The notes beneath the pieces are model-generated. The model was not told where the DNA came from, did no database searches, and saw nothing but the letters and a program-made list of their open reading frames with translations. From Sedimentisphaerales bacterium (GTDB taxonomy: Bacteria > Planctomycetota > Phycisphaerae > Sedimentisphaerales > SM23-30), in NCBI GenBank assembly GCA_963663965.2, contig CAXXFK010000020.1, forward strand, positions 32,001-96,000: DNA of 64,000 nucleotides. The letters are read 5' to 3'. Made by a program: the position numbers and the translations under genes. This document shows positions 30,870 through 39,620 of the stretch, piece after piece; position 1 is the first letter of the stretch, and every line of letters starts with the position of its first letter.

Positions 30870-31071
30870 TTCGCTGTGCTCATGGTTAGTTTTATTTTTC
30901 GCCTCCGGTGCGAAATCCTGCAGGTACGCCTCTGCGAGGCGGGGGTTAAAAATTTAAAATTCTGTTTCGTTACCCAGGGTGGCGCTCATCCCGTTTTACG
31001 GGATTCGCTCTGCCCTGGGCTATTTTATGCCGGCCCGTTGGGCCGCTTTGGGTATCCGCCGGAGGCGGATG
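30870..31071. repeat. REP-like composite palindromic element, copy 2
   Basis: Direct repeat of 30584..30783 with nested hairpins (ACCCAGGG...CCCTGGG, ATCCGCC-GGA-GGCGGAT). Confidence 0.85.
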
Positions 31072-31189
31072 AGTTTATACTTTTCATTAAGCTCGATTCA
31101 CATTGGAATTCACAAGGTAACAAATCCATCCACAAGCTGCGCTTGAAGTCACCACGGTCTATGCGCAGAGAATCTCTGCGGGCGTGGCC

Positions 31190-31453
31190 GGTTGGGGCGG
31201 GGCACACTTCGTTCAGGCGGGTGGTTCGGGGGCTATTGGGGCGACTTTGGGATTATAGACCGAATTGTTGTAAAGGGCAAATTAAATATTATGTTTTTAT
31301 ATTATATAACATAATATTTCTTGTTTTATATTTTAAAGGCAGATTAATTTCAGGGGAAAATTTGGCGAATCTAATCTTAATGTTTTATTATTTAAAGATT
31401 TATATTGATTTAAGAAGTTGTCAATAAAATAATTTACACTGTGTTTTATAAAG
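31190..31453 (+). repeat. About 260-bp direct repeat upstream of the GH gene, ending in the 35-bp dif-like motif (31419..31453)
   Basis: Collinear with 32930..33186 from GGTTGGGGCGGGGCAC through CGACTTTGG, TAAATATTATGT and TATTATTTAAAGATTTAT to CACTGTGTTTTATAAAG. Confidence 0.85.
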
Positions 31454-31492
31454 TGAATCTGGTAAAATTGCTGATCTTTTAAGGAGTTAACT

Positions 31493-32899
31493 GTGTTTAA
31501 CTGCATGAATGGGATATGCCAGATATTATTTGTCATAATCGGCTTAGTCGGCTCACCTGTTGGCTCTGTACTAGCCGTAATTGTACCGGAGGATACTGAT
31601 CGGATTAGAGAGGATCGCAAGCTTGGTTTTGATCCATTGCCAATCGATTTCGGCGAAATGGTGGGTGTGGTTGTGCATTTTAACCAGGGAGAAACATTAG
31701 ATCACCTGCTGGATTTAAAAGCCTTGGGGGTTAAATGGGTTAGAGATGAACAAAGCTGGTCTCATGTCGAATTAGTAAAAGGGAAATATACCTGGCCGGA
31801 AAATCGGATTAAACGTATGAATTTTTATCGGGAAAATGAGATCAAGGTTATCTTCCCATTGACATACAGCGCGAATCTCAACGCCTATCCCAATGCCCCC
31901 TATGACCCCGTTGGATTCGGCGCATATGCGGTTGCCGCCGCAAAATATCACCAGCAGTTCGGTATTGATGTGGTTTTGGAAATCTTTAATGAACCACATA
32001 ATTTTGGTTTAATGAACCATTTTGGCGGTCCGTGGCAAGGCTCTGCCAACTGCCCCTGGATTGACCATTATATCAAAATGGCCAATCAGGCGATTATCCA
32101 GACAAAAGCGTACGACCCAAATATCAAGTTGATTACTAATGAAGATGTCTGGACCAATCATTATTGGTATCTGGAGGGCAAACTGGATAAACGTCTCGAT
32201 GGATTCGCGATACATCCTTATATCCTTGGAGAGGGTTCATCAGGACCGGAAATCGCCCATTTCGGGCAGGATCCCAATGGCTGGATGAAGGAGTGGACGA
32301 TTATTGATCAAGACCGTTCCAACCGATCTCTGATGCGCCGGCTGAGGGCGCAATATGCCCGGAAAATTGGACGGCCTCTTGATATGTACATTACCGAATG
32401 GGGCTACCCCCTGAACCAGTTCAAAGGCAGCCCATGGGAAGTCACCGAAGAATTAGCCGCCGCGTTCCTTCCTCGTGTTTATATCATTGGTGTTGCTGCT
32501 GGCGCCCGAGTTGTATGCTGGCATTGCAGCCAGGATATGGGTGATGGCCCCTTTGGCCTGATCGGCAATAACCAGGAAAAGCGAAAAACTTATTATGCGC
32601 TGAAAACCATGATTGAAGAGTTGAAAAACTACCAACTGGTAAAACAGATTTCCGGATTGAATATGACCACAACTGGAATTCAAGCTTATTTGTTCAAAGG
32701 CCAAGAAGGATACCAACTGGTTGCCTGGAATATTGAAGGGGACGTTGAAGTTCGGCTGAATCCAGCATCCGAAATGCCCTGCAAAATCATTGACCATTTT
32801 GGCAGGGAATTAAATATCTCTTCCAATTCATTCAAACTGAGCCAAGCCCCGCTCTACATTAAAGGGGTAGGCCTGAATTGCTCCTTATCGGAAAAGTAA
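31493..32899 (+). CDS. Clan GH-A glycoside hydrolase (GH5/GH39-like), secreted
   Basis: LGVKWVRD..SW..VE, EIFNEP (acid/base), FAIHPY, YITEWGY (nucleophile); AAGGAG RBS before GTG. Confidence 0.85.
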   Translation: MFNCMNGICQILFVIIGLVGSPVGSVLAVIVPEDTDRIREDRKLGFDPLPIDFGEMVGVVVHFNQGETLDHLLDLKALGVKWVRDEQSWSHVELVKGKYTWPENRIKRMNFYRENEIKVIFPLTYSANLNAYPNAPYDPVGFGAYAVAAAKYHQQFGIDVVLEIFNEPHNFGLMNHFGGPWQGSANCPWIDHYIKMANQAIIQTKAYDPNIKLITNEDVWTNHYWYLEGKLDKRLDGFAIHPYILGEGSSGPEIAHFGQDPNGWMKEWTIIDQDRSNRSLMRRLRAQYARKIGRPLDMYITEWGYPLNQFKGSPWEVTEELAAAFLPRVYIIGVAAGARVVCWHCSQDMGDGPFGLIGNNQEKRKTYYALKTMIEELKNYQLVKQISGLNMTTTGIQAYLFKGQEGYQLVAWNIEGDVEVRLNPASEMPCKIIDHFGRELNISSNSFKLSQAPLYIKGVGLNCSLSEK

Positions 32900-32929
32900 G
32901 AGGTTTATAAGTTATACCAGCGTTTGGGT

Positions 32930-33186
32930 GGTTGGGGCGGGGCACGCCGGGGATTGGCGGGTGGTTTGAGGGCCATTGGGTCGACTTTGGTATTATTGAC
33001 CGAGTTGTCATAAGAAGAAAAGTAAATATTATGTATTTTCATTGCATAATATTTATAACTTTACATTTTTGTGGTAGTTAATTTTAGATGCAAAGCTCAG
33101 ATGACTTATTCTTAATGATGTATTATTTAAAGATTTATGTTGATTTCAGGTTGTCAACAAAATAATATCCACTGTGTTTTATAAAG
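32930..33186 (+). repeat. About 260-bp direct repeat downstream of the GH gene, ending in the 35-bp dif-like motif (33152..33186)
   Basis: Collinear diverged copy of 31190..31453. Confidence 0.85.
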
Positions 33187-33308
33187 ACCGGCAACCCGCC
33201 TGAGGCGGATCTTCGATCCTTCGGGTTTCGGTAATGCTCATGCGGGCCTGATTGGTGTCGTGTGATGAGGGGATTGTTTGCGGGGGAAAACAGGTGAAGG
33301 AAACAAGT

Positions 33309-33430
33309 GTGGGAATTATGGGAAATATGGGAGTTATGGGACAATTAATTGAGGGCAGATTTGAAATTTGAGATCTGAGATATTAGAAAAATATAACAGC
33401 CAATCAAACCACGGAAAGACGCGGAAAGAC
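33309..33430 (+). repeat. Cluster of short imperfect tandem repeats (9-mer ATGGGARWT x4, 7-mer ARATYTG x3-4, 10-mer RCGGAAAGAC x2)
   Basis: GTGGGAATT ATGGGAAAT ATGGGAGTT ATGGGAC; AGATTTG AAATTTG AGATCTG AGAT; ACGGAAAGAC GCGGAAAGAC. Confidence 0.8.
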
Positions 33431-33433
33431 TCA

Positions 33434-33643
33434 GGGCGGTCAAGCCGCAACCAAAGAAGAAATAGTTCACACAAAGCCTCTAAGCCACGAAGATAAACAG
33501 CCATTTAGACAGGATCACAGGATCGACAGGATAAAAAGTTCGAGGTCAAAATTTTGTTGTATAAGATATTAGATTTATTGTGCTTATAAAATATTAGGAT
33601 AAAAAGCTTGCTAAGAAAACAAAGCAATGAGGGATTGTAGTAC
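33434..33643 (+). mobile_element. Putative MITE-like non-coding insertion starting GGGCGGTCAAGCCGCAACCAAAG
   Basis: First ~80 bp are repeated at 34626..34705. It interrupts an ACGGAAA repeat, which resumes at 33642. The right boundary is inferred. Confidence 0.45.
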
Positions 33644-33890
33644 GGAAAAAAGGCATAGCGGGGGGACTGGATGGATGGTGATGAGTGGTGAATATAAATG
33701 TGGAATTTGATATTACCGGTTGATTGTCAGATGGTTATGTTGAATATCGGGTGTGTTTATAAAACAAGATACTTTGGCTTGTAAAGACAGGGGATTTCAG
33801 ATAAACTAATGGTATGGTGACTGTCATATGATGGTGGCAGGTCAAAATCGGAATTCAATATTATATTTATGTAAGATACGGGAGGATGAT

Positions 33891-34598
33891 ATGTATCGAG
33901 TATTTTTTCATGTCGTTTTGGTTTGTTTTATTTGTGGATTGGCGGTTGCCGATCCGTTTTCCATTAATCCGCGGGCGACCTATCTGCGGACCAATCAGGA
34001 CACCGGATATAACGCGGAGCCATTTGTTCTGGCAGACTTATCCCTGGGACCGGGGGATTTTATCCGGCTGCAGCAATTGGGGGATTATCGGCCGGGCACG
34101 GCCGGAAGCCACCATGATACCAGCACGAGTATGATCGCGGTCTTCAGCGGGAGCAGTACCCTGCTGGCGTCCAATCAGCTCAACCGCGTTCCAGATGCCA
34201 TCGACGCGGGGATCGACTATGTCACACCGCTCACCTATCATGGCAGCCTGACGACCGATATCCCCGAAGATTTTTTTGTCGATGATGTTTATGTACAAAT
34301 CCCGCAAGGGGCGGCTTACCTGTTTATTACCGCCGCCGACTCGCTTTACTATGATAACACCGATCCGGATGGCGATTACGCGGTGAGTATCACACGTTGC
34401 ACCTGTCCCGCCGGGGATATCAATTCGGATTGCTTTGTTAACTTGTCCGACTTTTGCATTCTGGCATGCCAGTGGCAGGAGATTCCGGGAGAGGTATCCG
34501 CGGATATTTATCCTCAACCGGAAGGCGATGGGTTCGTGGATATGCTGGATTTAAGCGTATTGGCGGAAAACTGGCTGGCCGGGCCTTATTACGAATGA
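33891..34598 (+). CDS. Secreted protein with C-terminal dockerin-like domain
   Basis: GGAGG RBS, signal peptide ending AVA, C-terminal GDINSDCFVNLSDFCILACQW...GDGFVDMLDLSVLAENWL. Confidence 0.85.
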   Translation: MYRVFFHVVLVCFICGLAVADPFSINPRATYLRTNQDTGYNAEPFVLADLSLGPGDFIRLQQLGDYRPGTAGSHHDTSTSMIAVFSGSSTLLASNQLNRVPDAIDAGIDYVTPLTYHGSLTTDIPEDFFVDDVYVQIPQGAAYLFITAADSLYYDNTDPDGDYAVSITRCTCPAGDINSDCFVNLSDFCILACQWQEIPGEVSADIYPQPEGDGFVDMLDLSVLAENWLAGPYYE

Positions 34599-34625
34599 CT
34601 GCCGAATTAACCGCAGATGGACACG

Positions 34626-34705
34626 GGGCGGTCAAGCCGCAAGCAAAGAAAATAGTTCACACAAAGCCGTTAAGCCACAAAGATAAACAGCCATTTAGAC
34701 GGGAT
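34626..34705 (+). repeat. About 80-bp direct repeat of 33434..33515
   Basis: GGGCGGTCAAGCCGCAAGCAAAGAA..ATAGTTCACACAAAGCC..TAAGCCAC.AAGATAAACAGCCATTTAGAC.GGAT. Confidence 0.85.
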
Positions 34706-34895
34706 AATAATTATCTTTTCAGATTCATATCCGGACCAAGGAGTTCAAACAGGATGAGCAGGGGACGGAGGGAAACACGGGCAGGATGGACGTGGTACGT
34801 TTGGCGAACGGTTCGGTTGATTTTTATTGTGGGAAAATACGGGGGATAGCCGACAAATGGGATATGGGAGATTGTCTATTAACCGAGTGTGAGTG

Positions 34896-36143
34896 ATGAA
34901 GAAAAAGTTTAAGAAAATTCTGATTAATCTGGCCTTGATGGGGATAACGCTGGTGGTGATGCTGATGCTGGCCGAACTGGTGCTGCATCTGGTCAGTAAG
35001 CCGGCGGTCGATCAGACGCTGGTGCGGATGTATGAATTCGATCCCTGGCTGAGCTGGCGGCCGGTTGCCAATCAGCGTTATCAGATTAAAACGGATGAGT
35101 TTGAAACCGAGTTTGTGACCAATCGGTATGGGTTTCGCGGGCCGGACTGGAGCCAGGCGAAACCGGCGGATACCTTGCGGGTGGTGGTGCTGGGCGATTC
35201 GTTTGCCGAGGGTCAGCATGTCGGTTATGAGGCGCTGTTTTCCGAGCAGCTGAAAGCGATGCTGGAACAGGCGCCGGAGCTGGCCGGGCGGCGGGTCGAG
35301 ATGATCAATACGGGGGTCTGCGGTTATAACACGGCCCAGGAACTGGAGATGTTCGACCGGGTGGCCCGTGACTTTGAGCCGGATCTGACCATTCTGCTGG
35401 TCTGTTATAACGATCTTCTGCTGAATAATCGGGACTGGGACGCGTTTCATCAGATAGCGATTCCCCATTTTGAATGGCAAGCCGGCGCGCTGACGGCCAC
35501 CAACCTGCCGCTGGAGCCGGTACGGGAACGGCCCTTTGACCGGCAGCCGGCGAATACAACCTGGAAAAGCCGGCTGGTGAGTCATTCCAAGCTGTGTCAA
35601 TTATTGCGTGACGCGGTGAATAATCATCACGGGCTGTTGACGCTGGCAGTGAAGCTGGGTATTAAAAAGCTGCCCGCGGAGATGCGGCGCAGGCCGGATG
35701 GCGAGATCGATCCGATTCCGATGGATTATTATTTCTGGAAGACGCCGTACCTGGATGAGATCGAGCAGGCGTGGGATATCACCGAAAAGCTGATGGTGGA
35801 ATTAAAGGCCAGGGTACAGGCGGCGGGCAGCGGGCTGCTGGTGTTGAATGTGCCGAATCTGGCGGAGATCGAACCGGCGGTGTTGGAGGATACCCGGCAG
35901 AAATATGGGATACCCGAGGATTGGGATCCTCATCAGATCGGGCGGGAGCTGGGACTGCGCTGCGCCGGCAACGGGATCGAATGCCTGTGGCAGATTGAGC
36001 CGTGGCTGGCAAAGGCGGGCGAATTGGAGGCGAACGATGAGATGCTATACTTTGTGCATAACGGGCACTGGAACGAAGCGGGGCATCGCTTTGTGGCGGA
36101 GCTGCTTTACCCGGCGGTAATGAAGCTGTTGACGCAGGAATAA
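34896..36143 (+). CDS. SGNH/GDSL hydrolase family membrane-anchored protein
   Basis: N-terminal TM helix, TNRYGFRG, VVVLGDSFAEG, INTGVCGYNTAQE, YND, NGHWNEAGH. Confidence 0.9.
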   Translation: MKKKFKKILINLALMGITLVVMLMLAELVLHLVSKPAVDQTLVRMYEFDPWLSWRPVANQRYQIKTDEFETEFVTNRYGFRGPDWSQAKPADTLRVVVLGDSFAEGQHVGYEALFSEQLKAMLEQAPELAGRRVEMINTGVCGYNTAQELEMFDRVARDFEPDLTILLVCYNDLLLNNRDWDAFHQIAIPHFEWQAGALTATNLPLEPVRERPFDRQPANTTWKSRLVSHSKLCQLLRDAVNNHHGLLTLAVKLGIKKLPAEMRRRPDGEIDPIPMDYYFWKTPYLDEIEQAWDITEKLMVELKARVQAAGSGLLVLNVPNLAEIEPAVLEDTRQKYGIPEDWDPHQIGRELGLRCAGNGIECLWQIEPWLAKAGELEANDEMLYFVHNGHWNEAGHRFVAELLYPAVMKLLTQE

Positions 36144-36229
36144 AACATCAGCGATCCCCCATGAGTGGTCGAGCAATCCATTGCCGGGTCGGCCAAAGAC
36201 ACCGGTTGACTGAAGCGCGATTTTATATT

Positions 36230-39200
36230 TTATTGCGGGCCGGTAAAGGTATAGGAGCCGGAGCCGACGGTGTAGATGGCTTTGTTATCCTGACAGAGCC
36301 GGGGGATATCGCGGTTTTCGGTGAGGTTGACGGATTGGGGGTTGGAAGACTTGAGAATAATATCGGCGCGGGTATTGACCGGGACATGCACCCGGCAGGT
36401 GAACCGGTGGTCCTTGATATTCCAGTGAACCCGGATCGGGCCGTAGGGCGAACGGTGTTCGGCCTGGACCCAGTCGATGCCGGTGGCGAATTCGGGCTGG
36501 ATGATGAACTGTTTGAAGCCGGGGGCGTTGGGCACCGGGCGGATACCGCCGAGATAGCTGTAGAACCAACCGCTGATATCGCCATACATGATGTGGTTTC
36601 GGGAGCCGGGGCTGTTGGTCCAGTTTTCATATAAGGTGGTCGCGCCGTTTTCGATCCAGTATCCGTAACCGGGCTGGGTTTTCTGGTTGAGCAGGGTCAT
36701 GGCCAGATCGGTCCGGTCCATATCGCTGAGAACGCGGAAAATGCATTTGGCGCCGAGAATGCCGGTGTCGTGATGGTTGTCGCGGGCGTGGATGGCGTCG
36801 ACCAGCTTCTTTTGTACGGCTTTGGTTTCGGAAGGTGGAACGAGGCCATAAAAGAGTGACATGGCCTGGGCGGTCTGCTGGCCGGTGTCATAGAGGCCGG
36901 AGCCGTGATAGAATTTCTGGTGGTAGGCGGTTTTGACTTTTTGTGACAGGTCGGCAAAATGTTGGGCGTCCTGATCCCGGTCCAGGATGCGGGCGAAGCG
37001 TTCCATGAGAACGGTGTCATAATAGAAATAGGCGGTCGCGGTGAGAGGGACCGGGGTCGCGCTGCCGCCGTCGTTGGCCCAGTCGCCCAGTCCGAAGTTC
37101 ACGATCCAGTTGCTGGACTGGATTCGGTTTTCGACATTGGCGATATAGGCTTTCATCGAGTCGTAATGGTCACTGATAACGCGGGTGTCGTGGCGGTAGA
37201 GATAGAGATACCACGCGACGATCATATAGGCGCTGTCCCATTCGGTGAGCTCGCGTGAGCCCCAGCCGGGCGAGGGGATGATACAACTATAACGGCCGTT
37301 CTGGTCCTGGTCATCCTGGAAGTCGTTAAGCCATTTTTCGTAGGCGGGCAGATTGGCGTAATTGAGCATGGCCTGTTCGGCGGCGAGATGGGCATCCGCG
37401 GTCCAGCCGTTTTTTTCACGCTGGGGACAATCGGTGGGGATACCGACGAAATTGCTTTTGTAACTGCGGTCGGTCATTTCCTGGATGGTGTTGAACAACT
37501 CGCTGGAACACTTGAAGGAGCCGATGGTTTCGAAGTCGGTATGGACTGTCTGGGCCTGGATGGTCTCGGAAGTGGGTGTTTCGGTCAGACCGGTGACTTC
37601 GAGGTATTGAAAGCCATGGTAGACAAAGCGGGGATGCCATTGTTCGGGGCCCCGACCATTTAAATAGCAGGTATCGGTCTGGAAAGGACCGGAAAAAGTC
37701 AGGCCCTTGATTTTAGCGGTATCCAGCCGGCCATTATTCAGTTCTTCACCGTAGCGCAGGGTGATTTTCTGACCGCGTTTTCCGGTGATATTGAGCCGGG
37801 CCCAGCCGGCGATATTGACGCCGAAATCGATCAGGTAGACACCCTTTTCGGGTTCGGTGATGGCGATGGGTTTGATGGTTTGATGGATGGTAGTTGCCGG
37901 CATCACTTCGGCGCGCAATGTCCCGCCGGGAGGGGTGGCGAGAGTTACCGGTTGCCAGGTGGTTTGATTAAAGCCGGGTTGATCCCAGCCGGGTTGTTCC
38001 AGGCGCGCATCGTAGACTTCACCGCTGCGGACCGCATCGGCGACGAGCGGCCCGTTGGAAGCGGTCCAGGTGGTATCGGTGGCGATCCGGTCCGTGGCGC
38101 CATCGGTATAGGTGATGACGATTTCCAGCAAGGCTTTGGGTATGTCGCGCCAGGGCGCGGCGTGGTAATCCCAGGCGTCCCGGGTGTGGGGATTATACCA
38201 GCCGTTGGCGAGCATGATCCCGACGGCGTTGTCTCCTGTTTTGAGATAGCCGGACAGATCGTAAGTAGAATAGAGTACGGTTTTGTTATAATTGGTGATT
38301 ACCGGATCCAGCACTTTGTGGCCGACTTTTTGGCCGTTGATGCTTAATTCGTAACAGCCCAGGCCGGAAATGACGGCATAAGCCGACTGGATTTCTTTCG
38401 TAAACGTAAATTCTTTTCTTATTAACGGACTGGGGCGTTATCCTGGGTCCAGAAGGTGTCCTGGCCCGGCCCCCCTACCCGGCCCCACGGGCCATTGCCG
38501 TAGCGGTGGAGTTCCCGGACCGGCCCCGGTTCGGATGACGATTGCAGTTCCAGTTGGCGCACCTGCCAGGCGCTATCGGAGACCAGAACTTTTTGTTCGT
38601 TTGCATCCTGCCAGGCGATTTTACAGATCATGCCGCCGGGGCCCGGCGAGGTGTTTTTGATTTCGATTTCGAATAGATTGCTGCCGTCGCGCAAATATTT
38701 AAGCACATCATACATGGAGGCGACCTGCCAGCTATCGCCGGCGCCCACCGGGGTGCCATTGACACGCAGGCGAAAAGTGTCATCGGCGGTGAGGAGAATC
38801 AGGGCGGATTTGAGTTGTCGGGTATTTTTCAGGTCGACGGTCCGACTGAACAGCAGGGTTTCAGGGGCCAATTTACTTAACGGGGTGTCAACCGCCCGCC
38901 AAAGCCAGCGGGCATCGTTCAGATCGATCGGCATATTTGAATGGTAGGCCTCATGTTCAAGGGGTCTGGACCAGGTAATCCACTTTGCTTCGATTTCGTC
39001 TGGATTCATCAATCCGGTCATCCAATTGCCGACCGGACTCCATGCGGTGACTTGGTCATCTTTATCCCAGGCGCGGACTTTCCAATAATATCGGGTGAGG
39101 CTCTGAAGCGGTTTGCCATCATAACGGATATTGATGGATTGATCGGTATGGGTTTTTCTGGAATTCCAGTAATTGGCTTCGTTTTCGGTGAGTAATTCCG

Positions 39201-39402
39201 GTTGGTCGGCTACGAGAATCTGATAAGCGGTCTGAGTCTGGTCATAGTCGCTCGACTCCAGGATCCAACTCAAGCGTGGATGTGATGTGTCGACGCCAAC
39301 CAGACCGGTCTGATACTCACACTTAAGATCGGATACGACCATTCCGGCCAGACTGGCAGTTATTACACACAATATGAACATGAAGGATATTATTTTAGAC
39401 AT
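36230..39402 (-). pseudogene. Alpha-L-rhamnosidase (GH78) split by a 1-nt frameshift at about 38432-38435 (pseudogene or sequencing error)
   Basis: ORF 38422..39402 carries the signal peptide and LKCEY...PRLSW. ORF 36230..38314 carries DFGVNIAGW, PTDCPQREKNGWTAD, GATTLYENW and SRNHIMYG. One extra C gives DNAPSPLIRKEF...ISGLGCYELSING, joining both into 1057 aa. Confidence 0.88.
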
Positions 39403-39620
39403 GTCGATCTCCTGAGACAGGTTGTTTCAACAGGGTAGCATTCCAAGTGTCGATTATCTTTATAGTCAACTTATATCGTATCAATTTATTGCTTTCAATA
39501 TTTTTAGTTCAGGTGCACTAAAAACTGGAAAGCGCCTGAGATTGGCAGTAAGTGATGGTATAATTGGCATAAGGGAAAAGCCCGGCAGGGCAAACCGATG
39601 AGATGTGACCGGTTGGGTTT

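Noticed and set aside
30541..31427. ORFs 30541..30825, 30560..30802 and 30837..31427
   Set aside because: They translate through the palindromic repeats and AT-rich DNA, with no RBS or protein-like composition.
31419..31453. Reading the 35-bp motif as a minus-strand promoter (TGTCAA = TTGACA -35 box)
   Set aside because: No consistent -10 box at 16-18 bp in the four copies, and two copies would fire antisense into the adjacent gene. A regulatory-protein role is not excluded.
30584..34705. Possible CRISPR array or integron attC array
   Set aside because: No regularly spaced identical 25-45-bp repeats with unique spacers, no RYYYAAC...GTTRRRY-bounded sites recognised, and no cas or intI gene in the window.
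39571..39620. GGGCAAACC... resembling a c-di-GMP-I riboswitch start
   Set aside because: Lacks the GAAA tetraloop stem and GACGCAAA junction, and no sense gene lies downstream on that strand.
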